A stretch of DNA of 64,000 nt, from the NCBI GenBank assembly GCA_041654255.1, contig JBAZDX010000008.1, positions 7,210-71,209 of the forward strand. The letters run 5' to 3'. Below, in pieces: positions 36,284 through 45,122 of the stretch (the first letter of the stretch is position 1; the number at the start of each line of letters is the position of its first letter). The notes under the pieces are model-generated. The model ran no database searches. It saw nothing but the letters and a program-made list of their open reading frames with translations, and had not been told where the DNA came from. The translations under genes and the position numbers were made by a program. This DNA comes from Sulfurimonas sp. (GTDB lineage Bacteria > Campylobacterota > Campylobacteria > Campylobacterales > Sulfurimonadaceae).

Positions 36284-37556
36284 ACTTACAGAGATTGATG
36301 CGTTTATATATGGTCAAAAAATTGGAACGCTTATCTACCATCAAGGCGCTATCTACTTTGAGTATGATGCAGCGTTTAAAAAATCTTCTTTAGAGATTTC
36401 GCCGCTAAAACTTCCTCTTGCTAAAACAACAGGTGTTTATATAAACCCAGATAATTTTTATCTTTATGGCGGATTGGCGGGCGTGTTTTTTGATTCGCTT
36501 CCTGACAAGCATGGCATGGCTTTTATAGATACTTATTTTTCAAAAAAAGGTCTTAAGCAAAACCAGATTACACTTTTGCACAAACTGGCATTTATAGGCG
36601 ACAGAGGGATGGGAGCCATAGAGTACCGCCCTAAAGAGCATGAAGAAAATCAAAGTGTTTTAGATGTGTTGGATGCAAAAAATGCCTATGAGAGCATGAA
36701 GAAAATTTTAAACGAGAAAGACGAGATAAGCTCCATAGAGAGTTTTATGAACATTATCGATAGCGTCTCTCCGCTTGGCGGCGGCAGACCAAAAATGCTC
36801 ATCACCTACAACCCCCAAACTAAAACGCTAAGATTTAACACAAAAGCTATACCTCATGGATATAAAAGAGCGATTATTAAATTTGATGAAATCTACTATG
36901 AAAAAGAGAGCCTCAATTTTACAAAACTTGAGTATATTTATATGCTTATGGCAAAAGAGTGTGGGATTATAGTGCCACCTATTTACTTGCATGAAGAAAA
37001 TGGGGAGCATCACCTTATAATAGAGCGGTTTGACAGAGATTCTAATGATGAGAAGTTGCATATCGCTACCGCATCGGCTCTTATGCACATAGACATCTCA
37101 GTGCCTCAAAGCAGTTCGTACGAGCAGCTATTTGCGCTTACAAGAGTGCTTTGTAACAACCAACTTGAACTTGAGCAGCTTTTTCGTCGCATGCTCTTTA
37201 ATGCGCTTGCTTATAACTTTGACGACCATGCAAAAAATTTCTCCTTTATCATGGATAGATTTGGCAAATGGAAACTCACCCCCGCCTATGACATAACCTA
37301 CTCTAAAGGGTTGGCTACGCAGCACATCACCACTATCAACGGCAAAGGGCTAGATTTTACTATGGATAATTTTTACGCTATAGCACAAAACCATAGCATC
37401 AAAAAAAGCAGAGTAGATGCTATGCTTAGAGAAGTTTTAAAAGCGTTAGAGTCATTTCAAGAGAGAGCACAGGCGATAGGGATAGATGCTAAAACCATCA
37501 AAGAGTGTAGCCAAGATTTGCAAAGACAAAGAGAGTTTTTAGATTTTTCTCATTGA
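36273..37556 (+). CDS. HipA-family serine/threonine kinase toxin
   Basis: The N-terminal coupling domain has 'IGTLIY...IYFEYD'. 'GGGRPKMLI' and 'FDDHAKNFSF' are HipA kinase motifs. Confidence 0.85.
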   Translation: MQTKLTEIDAFIYGQKIGTLIYHQGAIYFEYDAAFKKSSLEISPLKLPLAKTTGVYINPDNFYLYGGLAGVFFDSLPDKHGMAFIDTYFSKKGLKQNQITLLHKLAFIGDRGMGAIEYRPKEHEENQSVLDVLDAKNAYESMKKILNEKDEISSIESFMNIIDSVSPLGGGRPKMLITYNPQTKTLRFNTKAIPHGYKRAIIKFDEIYYEKESLNFTKLEYIYMLMAKECGIIVPPIYLHEENGEHHLIIERFDRDSNDEKLHIATASALMHIDISVPQSSSYEQLFALTRVLCNNQLELEQLFRRMLFNALAYNFDDHAKNFSFIMDRFGKWKLTPAYDITYSKGLATQHITTINGKGLDFTMDNFYAIAQNHSIKKSRVDAMLREVLKALESFQERAQAIGIDAKTIKECSQDLQRQREFLDFSH

Positions 37557-37592
37557 TGCAGACATAAAGATGTCAACAAAGCATTATAAAGT
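37557..37592 (+). promoter_or_regulatory. Island box copy 6 (variant tgCAGACATAAAGATGTC-N12-TAAAGT; TATAAT follows at 37593)
   Basis: The box abuts the hipA stop codon and precedes the WYL regulator gene, whose ATG is at 37636. Confidence 0.45.
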
Positions 37593-37635
37593 TATAATCA
37601 GTTTATTTTAAACAATTTCCACACAAAGAGCAAAC

Positions 37636-38559
37636 ATGGCATACAAACACGACTACGACAAGATACTTACAAGGCTCTCGTATATCCTCTCAAGACTAAA
37701 TGACGGAGAGGCTCTTTCAGTCAAAGACCTCGCAAAAGAGTTCAACACCAGTGAGAGAACCGTGCAGAGAGATTTTAACGAGCGACTTGTCTCTTTTCCA
37801 ATACTACAAGAGGGTAAAAAGTGGAAGATGCAAGATGGTTACAGGGTTGAGAAAACCAAGTCATTGGAAGATGAGATAGTTTTAGACATCATAGAGAAGA
37901 TCACCGAGAGCATAGGCGGCAAGTTTGCATTAAAATCCCATAAGCTGCTCTCAAAAATAAAAAATCAAGATTTCAATCCCATCTATGCAAAGCTTAACAT
38001 CGAAGACATCAGCGACAAGTTCGGCGAGATACAGATTATAGAGGGTGCCATAAAAGCAAAAAAAGAGATAGAGTGCTCTTATGATGATGAGAGGCATGAT
38101 ATTTTCAAGGTAACACTTCAGCCCCTAAAAATTGTAAATTTTGAGGGGTTCTGGTATCTGGCTGCACTCCAAGATGAAGTGCTTAAGAAGTACTACTTAA
38201 AAAATATATCCAATGTAAAAGCGACTGATACGGCTTTTTTGACTGATGCAAAGCTTGAAAATCTGCTTGATAGCTCCATATCTGTATGGTTCCAAAAAGA
38301 TGTAGAACCGTTTGAAGTTAAGATTTATGCCAACAAGATTGCCACAAAGTACTTTCAAAGAAGACCGCTTCCGACACAGAGCATAGAGTCGCTCCACAAA
38401 GACGGAACAATGGAGTTTGTCATAAAGATAACGCATGAGATGGAGATACTTCCCATCATCAAGTATTGGCTGCCACATATGAGAGTCATAGAGCCCGAGT
38501 GGGTACAGGAGATGATAGACGAGGATTTAAAGGGTTATTTGGAGATGAGAATAAAATGA
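37636..38559 (+). CDS. HTH-WYL-domain transcriptional regulator
   Basis: It has the N-terminal HTH 'LSVKDLAKEFNTSERTVQRDF', the WYL motif 'FEGFWYLAALQ', and the C-terminal 'IKYWLPHMRVIEP'. Confidence 0.85.
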   Translation: MAYKHDYDKILTRLSYILSRLNDGEALSVKDLAKEFNTSERTVQRDFNERLVSFPILQEGKKWKMQDGYRVEKTKSLEDEIVLDIIEKITESIGGKFALKSHKLLSKIKNQDFNPIYAKLNIEDISDKFGEIQIIEGAIKAKKEIECSYDDERHDIFKVTLQPLKIVNFEGFWYLAALQDEVLKKYYLKNISNVKATDTAFLTDAKLENLLDSSISVWFQKDVEPFEVKIYANKIATKYFQRRPLPTQSIESLHKDGTMEFVIKITHEMEILPIIKYWLPHMRVIEPEWVQEMIDEDLKGYLEMRIK

Positions 38560-40034
38560 GACTATCCAAATCGCTCTACATAAGAGGACTTCAATGCACA
38601 AAATCTCTTTGGCTTAAAAAGTATAAAAAAGATGTTCTGACTCCGCCTGATGGCTCTGTGGAGGCTATATTTGAAACAGGAAACGAAGTTGGCGCTTTGG
38701 CATGTCAGCTTTTTCCTGAGGGTAAGGAAGTGCCTTATGAGAACACAAGCTTTGAGGAAAAAACAGCGCTTACAAAAAAGTGGATAGATGAAAGTGCAAC
38801 AAACATCTACGAGGCGACATTTGCGTATGATGACATAGTTGTGATGGTTGACATACTTCACATCAACAGCGACGGCACGCTTGAAATATATGAGGTCAAA
38901 AGCTCAACTGAGGTAAAGCCAGTCTATCTTGATGATGTCTCCATCCAGCAGTATGTCTTAAACGGTTTGGGCTACACTGTCAAGAGCGCAAATGTAGTCC
39001 ACATCAACAACAAGTATGTAAGAGGCGATGAGCTTGAAGTCGAAAAACTCTTTAGTGTTGTAGATGTGAGCGATGAAGTTTTGGAATGCCAACACAACAT
39101 CCCAAGCTACCTAAAGCTTTTTAAAACAGAGTTGAGTGATAGCGAAAATATGCCTGAAATTGACATTGGCACGCACTGCACAAACCCTTATGAGTGTGAC
39201 GCTATGAGTTACTGTTGGAGTCATGTTGCGAGTTACAGCATTTTTGACATCTCAAGACTAAAGAGCGATACCAAGTTTTCTCTCTACAAACAGGGCATCG
39301 TAAATTTTAGTGACATTGCAGATATATCGAGTTTTTCGCTCTCACAGCAGATACAGATAAACTCTGAACTTGAGAACAGAGAGATCATCAACCGTGAAGC
39401 GATAAAAGAGTTTGTAGATAGTTTAACTTACCCGCTTTATCATCTTGACTTTGAGACATTTCAACAAGCAGTGCCGCAGTGGAAGGGCGTTAACCCCTTT
39501 ATGCAGATACCGTTTCAATACTCTTTGCATGTAGAAGAAAAAAACGGAGATTTGAAGCATTACGAGTTTTTGGCAGAGGACGGCAAAGACCCGCGATATG
39601 AACTAGCAAAAAGACTGGTAAACGACATACCTGCCAATGTAACTGTTTTGGCTTATAGCATGGGTTTTGAAAAAGGAGTGATACGCAAACTGGCAGAACA
39701 GTTTGAAGAGTTCGCGCCAAAGCTTCTTGCCATTCATGACAACATAAAAGATTTGATGACACCGTTTCAAAAGAAAGATTATTATACTCCAAATATGAAA
39801 GGAAGTTATTCAATCAAAAAGGTACTTCCTGCACTTGTGCCTGAGATGGAGATGGCGTATAAAGAGTTGTCACTTGTACACAACGGCGGCGAGGCAATGC
39901 AGACATTTGCAAAGCTCTCAAAGATGGATGATGCAACAAAAGAGCAGTACAGAGAAGCTCTGCTACAATACTGCAAGCTCGATACACTGGCGATGGTGAA
40001 AGTTTTAAAAAAATTAAGGGAGAGTGTGGGATGA
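38556..40034 (+). CDS. DUF2779-type protein with a Cas4/RecB-like PD-(D/E)xK nuclease domain and a DEDD-like C-terminal domain
   Basis: Its start forms an ATGA overlap with the WYL stop codon. It has 'VDILH...LEIYEVKSS' (D..ExK), Cys residues in 'LQCTKS' and '[15 protein letters not shown]', and 'YHLDFETF'. Confidence 0.75.
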   Translation: MRLSKSLYIRGLQCTKSLWLKKYKKDVLTPPDGSVEAIFETGNEVGALACQLFPEGKEVPYENTSFEEKTALTKKWIDESATNIYEATFAYDDIVVMVDILHINSDGTLEIYEVKSSTEVKPVYLDDVSIQQYVLNGLGYTVKSANVVHINNKYVRGDELEVEKLFSVVDVSDEVLECQHNIPSYLKLFKTELSDSENMPEIDIGTHCTNPYECDAMSYCWSHVASYSIFDISRLKSDTKFSLYKQGIVNFSDIADISSFSLSQQIQINSELENREIINREAIKEFVDSLTYPLYHLDFETFQQAVPQWKGVNPFMQIPFQYSLHVEEKNGDLKHYEFLAEDGKDPRYELAKRLVNDIPANVTVLAYSMGFEKGVIRKLAEQFEEFAPKLLAIHDNIKDLMTPFQKKDYYTPNMKGSYSIKKVLPALVPEMEMAYKELSLVHNGGEAMQTFAKLSKMDDATKEQYREALLQYCKLDTLAMVKVLKKLRESVG

Positions 40035-40339
40035 GTGATGTATTAAAATTAAAATCGATATATGAATTATTATACAATGAAGAAGGCAAGCCTGAAAGTT
40101 TTTTTATTCCATCATATCAAAGAGGTTATAGATGGACAAAACAACAAGTGGTGGAGTTGTTAGAAGATATTTTCTAATTTGACAAAGATGTCCAATTAGA
40201 AAAAAATAAAGGATTTTATTGTTTACAACCAATCGTTGTTAAAAAAAGCAAAAACCAAGAGTATAGATGGGATGTTATAGATGGACAACAAAGGTTAACT
40301 ACAATATTTATTATTTTAAAAACAGCAGATCTTGGATGA
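40031..40339 (+). pseudogene. DUF262 (GmrSD/ParB-like nuclease N-domain) gene with an in-frame stop, truncated after ~100 codons
   Basis: '[12 protein letters not shown]...LLEDIF*FDK...[19 protein letters not shown]' carries the DUF262 signature motifs. An in-frame TAA lies at 40175-40177 and the frame ends at 40339. The start forms an ATGA overlap with the upstream stop codon. Confidence 0.7.
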
Positions 40340-40763
40340 CATAAAAAATTTTCAAATTCAAATAGTTTCTGATGATGAAATTTATTTAAATAAAGGAAAA
40401 ACAAGTGTAACAAGTTGGGAATGGTCAAGAGTTGCAGAACTTAGAAGCTTTTATGTCTATAGGATGCTGAAACTAAAAGATGATAGTGTTCACTACTATT
40501 CAACAAGCGAAGTAAGAGATGTTTGTTTATATTTTGATATAAAGCACAATAATAAAGACTTGGCTTTGGATGTAAAATATGATACAAAAGAGGAAAATTT
40601 TACATCTAAATTATTTTATAGAGATGGGAGTGATTTACCTGAAGATTTAAAAAATAAAAAATTAGAAGAAATTATGTTGTGTGGCGAAAACAATAATATT
40701 GAAACATCAGTAAATAGTATTATAGAGTTTAAAAGCAATATTAACAAAGAGTCTTGCCAATGA
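40332..40763 (+). CDS. Hypothetical protein
   Basis: It is a 143 aa ORF with a TTG start. It occupies the position where the rest of the DUF262 gene would be expected. Confidence 0.35.
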   Translation: MDDIKNFQIQIVSDDEIYLNKGKTSVTSWEWSRVAELRSFYVYRMLKLKDDSVHYYSTSEVRDVCLYFDIKHNNKDLALDVKYDTKEENFTSKLFYRDGSDLPEDLKNKKLEEIMLCGENNNIETSVNSIIEFKSNINKESCQ

Positions 40764-40940
40764 CCATGTCTAAATCTAAATATGAAGCGTTAAAAATTCA
40801 GTGTCAATCAGATAAAACAAAATTTATAGTCGATGGTATAGATTTATCTGGGAAGTTGGAAGCAAAAAATGATAAACCAAAATTTCATGAAATAGCCGAA
40901 ATATAAAAAGCATTTATTGGAAGGATTAGAGAATTTACAA

Positions 40941-40976
40941 ACCAGACATAAAGCTGTCAAAACACTCCTGTAAGAT
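40941..40976 (+). promoter_or_regulatory. Island box copy 7 (perfect box-N12-TAAGAT)
   Basis: It is followed by AAGGAG and the ATG at 41005, but only a 21-codon ORF and non-coding debris lie downstream. Confidence 0.45.
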
Positions 40977-41226
40977 TACACTAAATCAATAAAGGAGCTG
41001 CAAAATGCAAACACAAACAATCAAAGTACGACTTAACATAAACGGATACGAGGCTCATATTGGGTATTAATTTTTAGAAGGTATTACAAGAAATTTGCCT
41101 GATATTTCCAAAAATCAAACTATATTTGAGCAATTGGCATATTCAGACAATCCAGAAGTTAGAGTATACTGCCACCAATAATTCAGACAACATATAGAAG
41201 AACGTGAAGCAAGCTAAATGTGATTT

Positions 41227-42147
41227 TTAATACAAATCTTCTGCTTCATTAATCTCTGAATCATCGTACGGGTCCATATGTATAAGTACATGCACCTTTT
41301 TATTTTCAAAAAGTTTTTTTAGTTTAGCTTCTAATTTGTCAGATATAAGATGTGCGTCATAGAGTGATATACTAACATTAAAAACAACATGAACAGAGAT
41401 AAAGATATGCGAGCCCGACTCTCTGGTTTGAAGATGGTGATAGTTTGTAGTAGTTGCATCATTTTCTATAATATCTTTGATTTTTTGTATATCCTCTTCT
41501 GATAATGCGGCATCGAGGAGCATTAAAACACCCTCTTTGATGATAGGCATAGCAGAATAGATCATGTAAATACCAATACCGATGCCAAGAACGGAGTCAA
41601 TTAGATTCTCACCCGTAAAAAATACAAGCCCAAGCGCCAAAAGAACTGCGCCGTTTGAAAAAAGATCTGTTTTGTAATGAAGCGCATCGGCTTTTATGAC
41701 CATATTGCCTGTTTTTTTGGCAACACCGTTTAAAAATAAAACTAACAAAGATGTAATTATTATAGAGATGAGCATAACAAAAATAGATACACCCATGTAT
41801 TCCATCTCTCTCGGATGAACAATCTTAACAAGCGCTTCGTAGAGGATAAAGAGTGCCGACAGTGAGATTATGGTTCCCTCTATAACTGCTGCAAGAGGTT
41901 CTATCTTACTTCTTCCATGGTGGAATTTATCATCCGGATCTTTTTCAGAATTATGAAGAGCAAAGTAGTTAAAGAGAGATACTGTTAAATCCAGAAGAGA
42001 GTCTATGGCTGATGCTAAAACGGCTATTGAACCGCTTAAAATACCGACTGTCATTTTTATAACGACAAGCAGCGCAGCGACGGACGTTGATATGACAGTC
42101 GCTCTTTTTTCTATTCTCATTTTAGTCCTCTGTGTTTTAGGGTACAA
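41227..42147 (-). CDS. Cation diffusion facilitator family transporter
   Basis: It has six TM helices, 'SAIDSLLD' and 'HYKTD', and a C-terminal cytoplasmic domain. Confidence 0.85.
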   Translation of the reverse strand: MYPKTQRTKMRIEKRATVISTSVAALLVVIKMTVGILSGSIAVLASAIDSLLDLTVSLFNYFALHNSEKDPDDKFHHGRSKIEPLAAVIEGTIISLSALFILYEALVKIVHPREMEYMGVSIFVMLISIIITSLLVLFLNGVAKKTGNMVIKADALHYKTDLFSNGAVLLALGLVFFTGENLIDSVLGIGIGIYMIYSAMPIIKEGVLMLLDAALSEEDIQKIKDIIENDATTTNYHHLQTRESGSHIFISVHVVFNVSISLYDAHLISDKLEAKLKKLFENKKVHVLIHMDPYDDSEINEAEDLY

Positions 42148-42196
42148 TTATAATAAATTTAACATATTATAGTAATTAAACAAGGTGAATTGATAA

Positions 42197-43087
42197 ATGA
42201 ATCTGCAAGAGTTAAAACTAGAGAGACAAAAATGGCTCAGTTGGAAAAATATAGCTCCGCTTAGAGAGGCTCTGAAGAGCTTGGAAGAGGGTTCTTGGGA
42301 AGTTGAGCTCGGCGATGCAGTTACGGTTAGCGGAAGTGCTCCAAAAAATGTCGAAGAGATTGCCAGACTGATGATGCCTTGGAGAAAAGGACCGTTCAAG
42401 CTTTTTGACACATATATAGACTCTGAGTGGAGAAGCAACATAAAATATAACTTTTTGCGAAAACATTTTAATTTAAAAGATAAAAGAGTTGCCGATATAG
42501 GGTGTAACAATGGATATTATCTTTTTAGGATGCAGGAGGATTCTCCGAAGTCTCTTATCGGTTTTGATCCATCGCCGCTCTATAAAACACAATTTGATTT
42601 TATAAACCATTTTGTAAAAAGCAGTATTGTTTATGAGCTTTTGGGTGTTGAACATCTGGAGTTTTATGAAGAGAAGTTTGATACTATCTTTTGTCTTGGC
42701 GTTCTTTATCATAGAAGCGACCCGATAGGGATGCTGAAGTCACTCTATAAAGGTTTGGATAAAGAGGGTGAAGTTATTTTGGATACTTTTTATATTGAGG
42801 GTGATGATGAGATGTGCCTCTGCCCTGAGTCTTCCTACTCTAAGATACCAAACATCTACTTCGTACCGACTATAAAAGCTTTAAGAAACTGGTGTTTAAG
42901 AGCTGGATTTGACAGTTTTGAAGTTTTGGAAACTTCTAAAACAAAGAGCAGCGAGCAGAGAAAAACTTCTTGGATAGAGGGGCAGTCGCTGGAAGATTTT
43001 TTGGATGAACATGACAGCAGTAAAACAGTTGAGGGGTATCCGGCACCTGCTAGAGTATATGTAAAATTGACTAAGGAAAAAAGATGA
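42197..43087 (+). CDS. cmoB: tRNA U34 carboxymethyltransferase CmoB
   Basis: It has 'PWRKGPF' and '[11 protein letters not shown]...[11 protein letters not shown]'. Confidence 0.85.
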   Translation: MNLQELKLERQKWLSWKNIAPLREALKSLEEGSWEVELGDAVTVSGSAPKNVEEIARLMMPWRKGPFKLFDTYIDSEWRSNIKYNFLRKHFNLKDKRVADIGCNNGYYLFRMQEDSPKSLIGFDPSPLYKTQFDFINHFVKSSIVYELLGVEHLEFYEEKFDTIFCLGVLYHRSDPIGMLKSLYKGLDKEGEVILDTFYIEGDDEMCLCPESSYSKIPNIYFVPTIKALRNWCLRAGFDSFEVLETSKTKSSEQRKTSWIEGQSLEDFLDEHDSSKTVEGYPAPARVYVKLTKEKR

Positions 43088-43575
43088 GCGAGAGAAAAGA
43101 AGAGATTTTAGATGATGATGAAGAGTTGCAGATAGATGAATATAGAAGTAAAAATGATGTTATTTTAAAAACCCATGAAAATATAAATCAAGATTTATGC
43201 GGAGAGATAGAGAAGCTTGAAAACGGATATGTGCAATTAAAATTAGTAACAACTCATGAAATGATTGTTGATTCTAAATACTTGATCCACAGCGGGTTTA
43301 TATTTAGTGCTGCTGATTTTGCTGCTATGGCTGCGGTAAATGAAAGAAATGTTGTTTTAGTTGCAAGTGATTGTCAATTTCTTTCTCCTGTTAAATTTGG
43401 CGATATAGTAAATTTTATTGCTAAAGTTCGCCATAAAGAGGGCAGAAAAAGAAATATACATGTAACGGGGTATGTTTTAGATATCAAAGTTTTTGAGGGT
43501 GAGTTTAAAACGGTTGTAACTGAAAGACATGTTTTAAAATTAAAGTTAAGCAGCGAAGAAGATAACGAAGAGTAG
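43084..43575 (+). CDS. Hotdog-fold thioesterase family protein
   Basis: The size and '[18 protein letters not shown]' fit the PaaI-type pattern. Confidence 0.55.
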   Translation: MSERKEEILDDDEELQIDEYRSKNDVILKTHENINQDLCGEIEKLENGYVQLKLVTTHEMIVDSKYLIHSGFIFSAADFAAMAAVNERNVVLVASDCQFLSPVKFGDIVNFIAKVRHKEGRKRNIHVTGYVLDIKVFEGEFKTVVTERHVLKLKLSSEEDNEE

Positions 43576-43583
43576 CAAATCAG

Positions 43584-44177
43584 TTACAGATTTGCTATCC
43601 AGTAGTCGCTGTATTGCTGCTCCTGCTTGATGGTTGTGGCTCCGCCATGTCCCGGGTATATGGTCTTATCATACGTGAGTTTTTTAAATCTATCAAGAGA
43701 CTCTCTCATTGCTTCAGGTGAAGAGTATGGAAAATCCGTTCGTCCGATAGAGCGTTCAAATATAAAATCCCCGCTAAACATAGCATCTTCTATCTCTATG
43801 ACAGAGCATCCGGGCGTGTGCCCAGGAAAATGGCTAAATTTTACTTTTACACCGTTAAAATCAAACTCTTGATTCGGCTCTACTTCAATATCCGGCTTTG
43901 AAGGCGGCAAATCTGGGCTCCAGCTGCTTCCTTGAAGAAACATGACATCGCCCTTTGGCGTATAAAGAGGGACTTTTAGCTTCTCTTGGAGCTCGGCATT
44001 GCTCCAGACATGGTCAAAATGGCCGTGCGTGTTTAGTATGGCGACCGGATTTGTGACATTTTGGACAACCCATGCAGTAGCGCCGATGCCAGGGTCTATA
44101 ATAAAATCCATCCCATTAATGGTTACTATATAACAGTTGGTTTGATATTCGCCCATAGCTCTTGCTTTTATTTTCAT
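43584..44177 (-). CDS. MBL-fold metallo-hydrolase
   Basis: It has the 'THGHFDH' motif. The start at Met29 (44177) is preferred because it leaves a normal divergent intergenic region. Confidence 0.8.
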   Translation of the reverse strand: MKIKARAMGEYQTNCYIVTINGMDFIIDPGIGATAWVVQNVTNPVAILNTHGHFDHVWSNAELQEKLKVPLYTPKGDVMFLQGSSWSPDLPPSKPDIEVEPNQEFDFNGVKVKFSHFPGHTPGCSVIEIEDAMFSGDFIFERSIGRTDFPYSSPEAMRESLDRFKKLTYDKTIYPGHGGATTIKQEQQYSDYWIANL

Positions 44178-44305
44178 ACTTAAAACTTCTCTTTTTTTAA
44201 GAAATTGTAACCTAGTAATATAAATAGATGTAAATAGCAATGTTTTACGCATAGTTACCAAACTTTGATATAATCTTATTTGTTAAAGTTCCTTAAAGGT
44301 TAGCG

Positions 44306-45112
44306 ATGAAAAAGTATGAGCAGATTACAGAGTATCTGCAACATTTCTTAAGTGACGAAGTCCGAAAAACAGGTATGCAAAACGTTGTTTTAGGTCTTAG
44401 CGGCGGGATAGATTCTGCCGTGGTCGCTCTGCTTGCCCAAAGAGTCTTTAAAGATAATTTGCTGTGTGTGAAGATGCCATCGCAATACTCTTCACAAAGT
44501 TCTCTTGATGATGCCGATGAGCTTTGCCGTGATTTTGGACTAAATGTTATTACGGCTTCGATTGAACCGATGCTTAGAGCTTATGAAGAGTTAAATCCGG
44601 ATATGGACAATCTAAGAAGAGGGAACCTTTCAGCGCGTCTTAGAATGAGTACTATTTTTGACATTTCCGCAAAACAGAGAGCTTTGGTTTTGGGAACAAG
44701 CAACAAGAGCGAGCTTATGCTTGGGTATGGAACCCTTTACGGCGACCTCTCAAGCGCACTCAATCCCATAGGTGATCTGTATAAGAGTGAAGTTTACGAG
44801 TTGGCGGAGTATTTGGGCGTAACTAAAAGTATTATAAAAAAAGCTCCTTCTGCCGATTTGTGGAGCGGGCAGAGCGATGAGGCTGATTTGGGCTACACGT
44901 ACGCAGAGCTTGATAAGGCTTTGAAGCTCTATGTTGAAGATAGATTGAGCAAAGAAGAGATAGTTGAGATGGGATGTGACAGAGATATGCTCGATATGAT
45001 AATAGAGCGAATATTTCGCAATCAGTTTAAGAGAAAGATGCCTCTTATCGCTAAACTGACATCCAGAACGATAAACCACGATTTTAACTACCCAAGAGAT
45101 ATAAAACTATAA
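44306..45112 (+). CDS. nadE: NH3-dependent NAD+ synthetase
   Basis: It has the PP-loop 'GLSGGIDSAV'. Confidence 0.9.
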   Translation: MKKYEQITEYLQHFLSDEVRKTGMQNVVLGLSGGIDSAVVALLAQRVFKDNLLCVKMPSQYSSQSSLDDADELCRDFGLNVITASIEPMLRAYEELNPDMDNLRRGNLSARLRMSTIFDISAKQRALVLGTSNKSELMLGYGTLYGDLSSALNPIGDLYKSEVYELAEYLGVTKSIIKKAPSADLWSGQSDEADLGYTYAELDKALKLYVEDRLSKEEIVEMGCDRDMLDMIIERIFRNQFKRKMPLIAKLTSRTINHDFNYPRDIKL

Positions 45113-45122
45113 GGAAGAAGCA

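Noticed and set aside
38466-38555. The listed upstream start (38466) of the DUF2779 ORF, adding 30 aa 'MAATYESHRARVG...'
   Set aside because: That extension lies wholly within the WYL coding region in another frame. The ATG at 38556 forms an ATGA overlap with the WYL stop codon and begins the conserved '[14 protein letters not shown]' N-terminus.
26925-40976. Reading the island box as a sigma-54 (-24/-12) promoter
   Set aside because: The box (cAGACAtaaagCTGTC) lacks the invariant GG and GC dinucleotides of the TGGCAC-N5-TTGC consensus. It is followed at a fixed distance by a sigma-70-type -10-like hexamer instead.
26925-40976. Reading the boxes as classical integron attC sites
   Set aside because: The window has no IntI-type integrase or attI. 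The box shows only a 4-bp inverted repeat (GACA...TGTC) rather than the R''-L''/L'-R' structure. Each unit also carries its own promoter-like hexamer. An unconventional cassette mechanism is kept as a hypothesis only.
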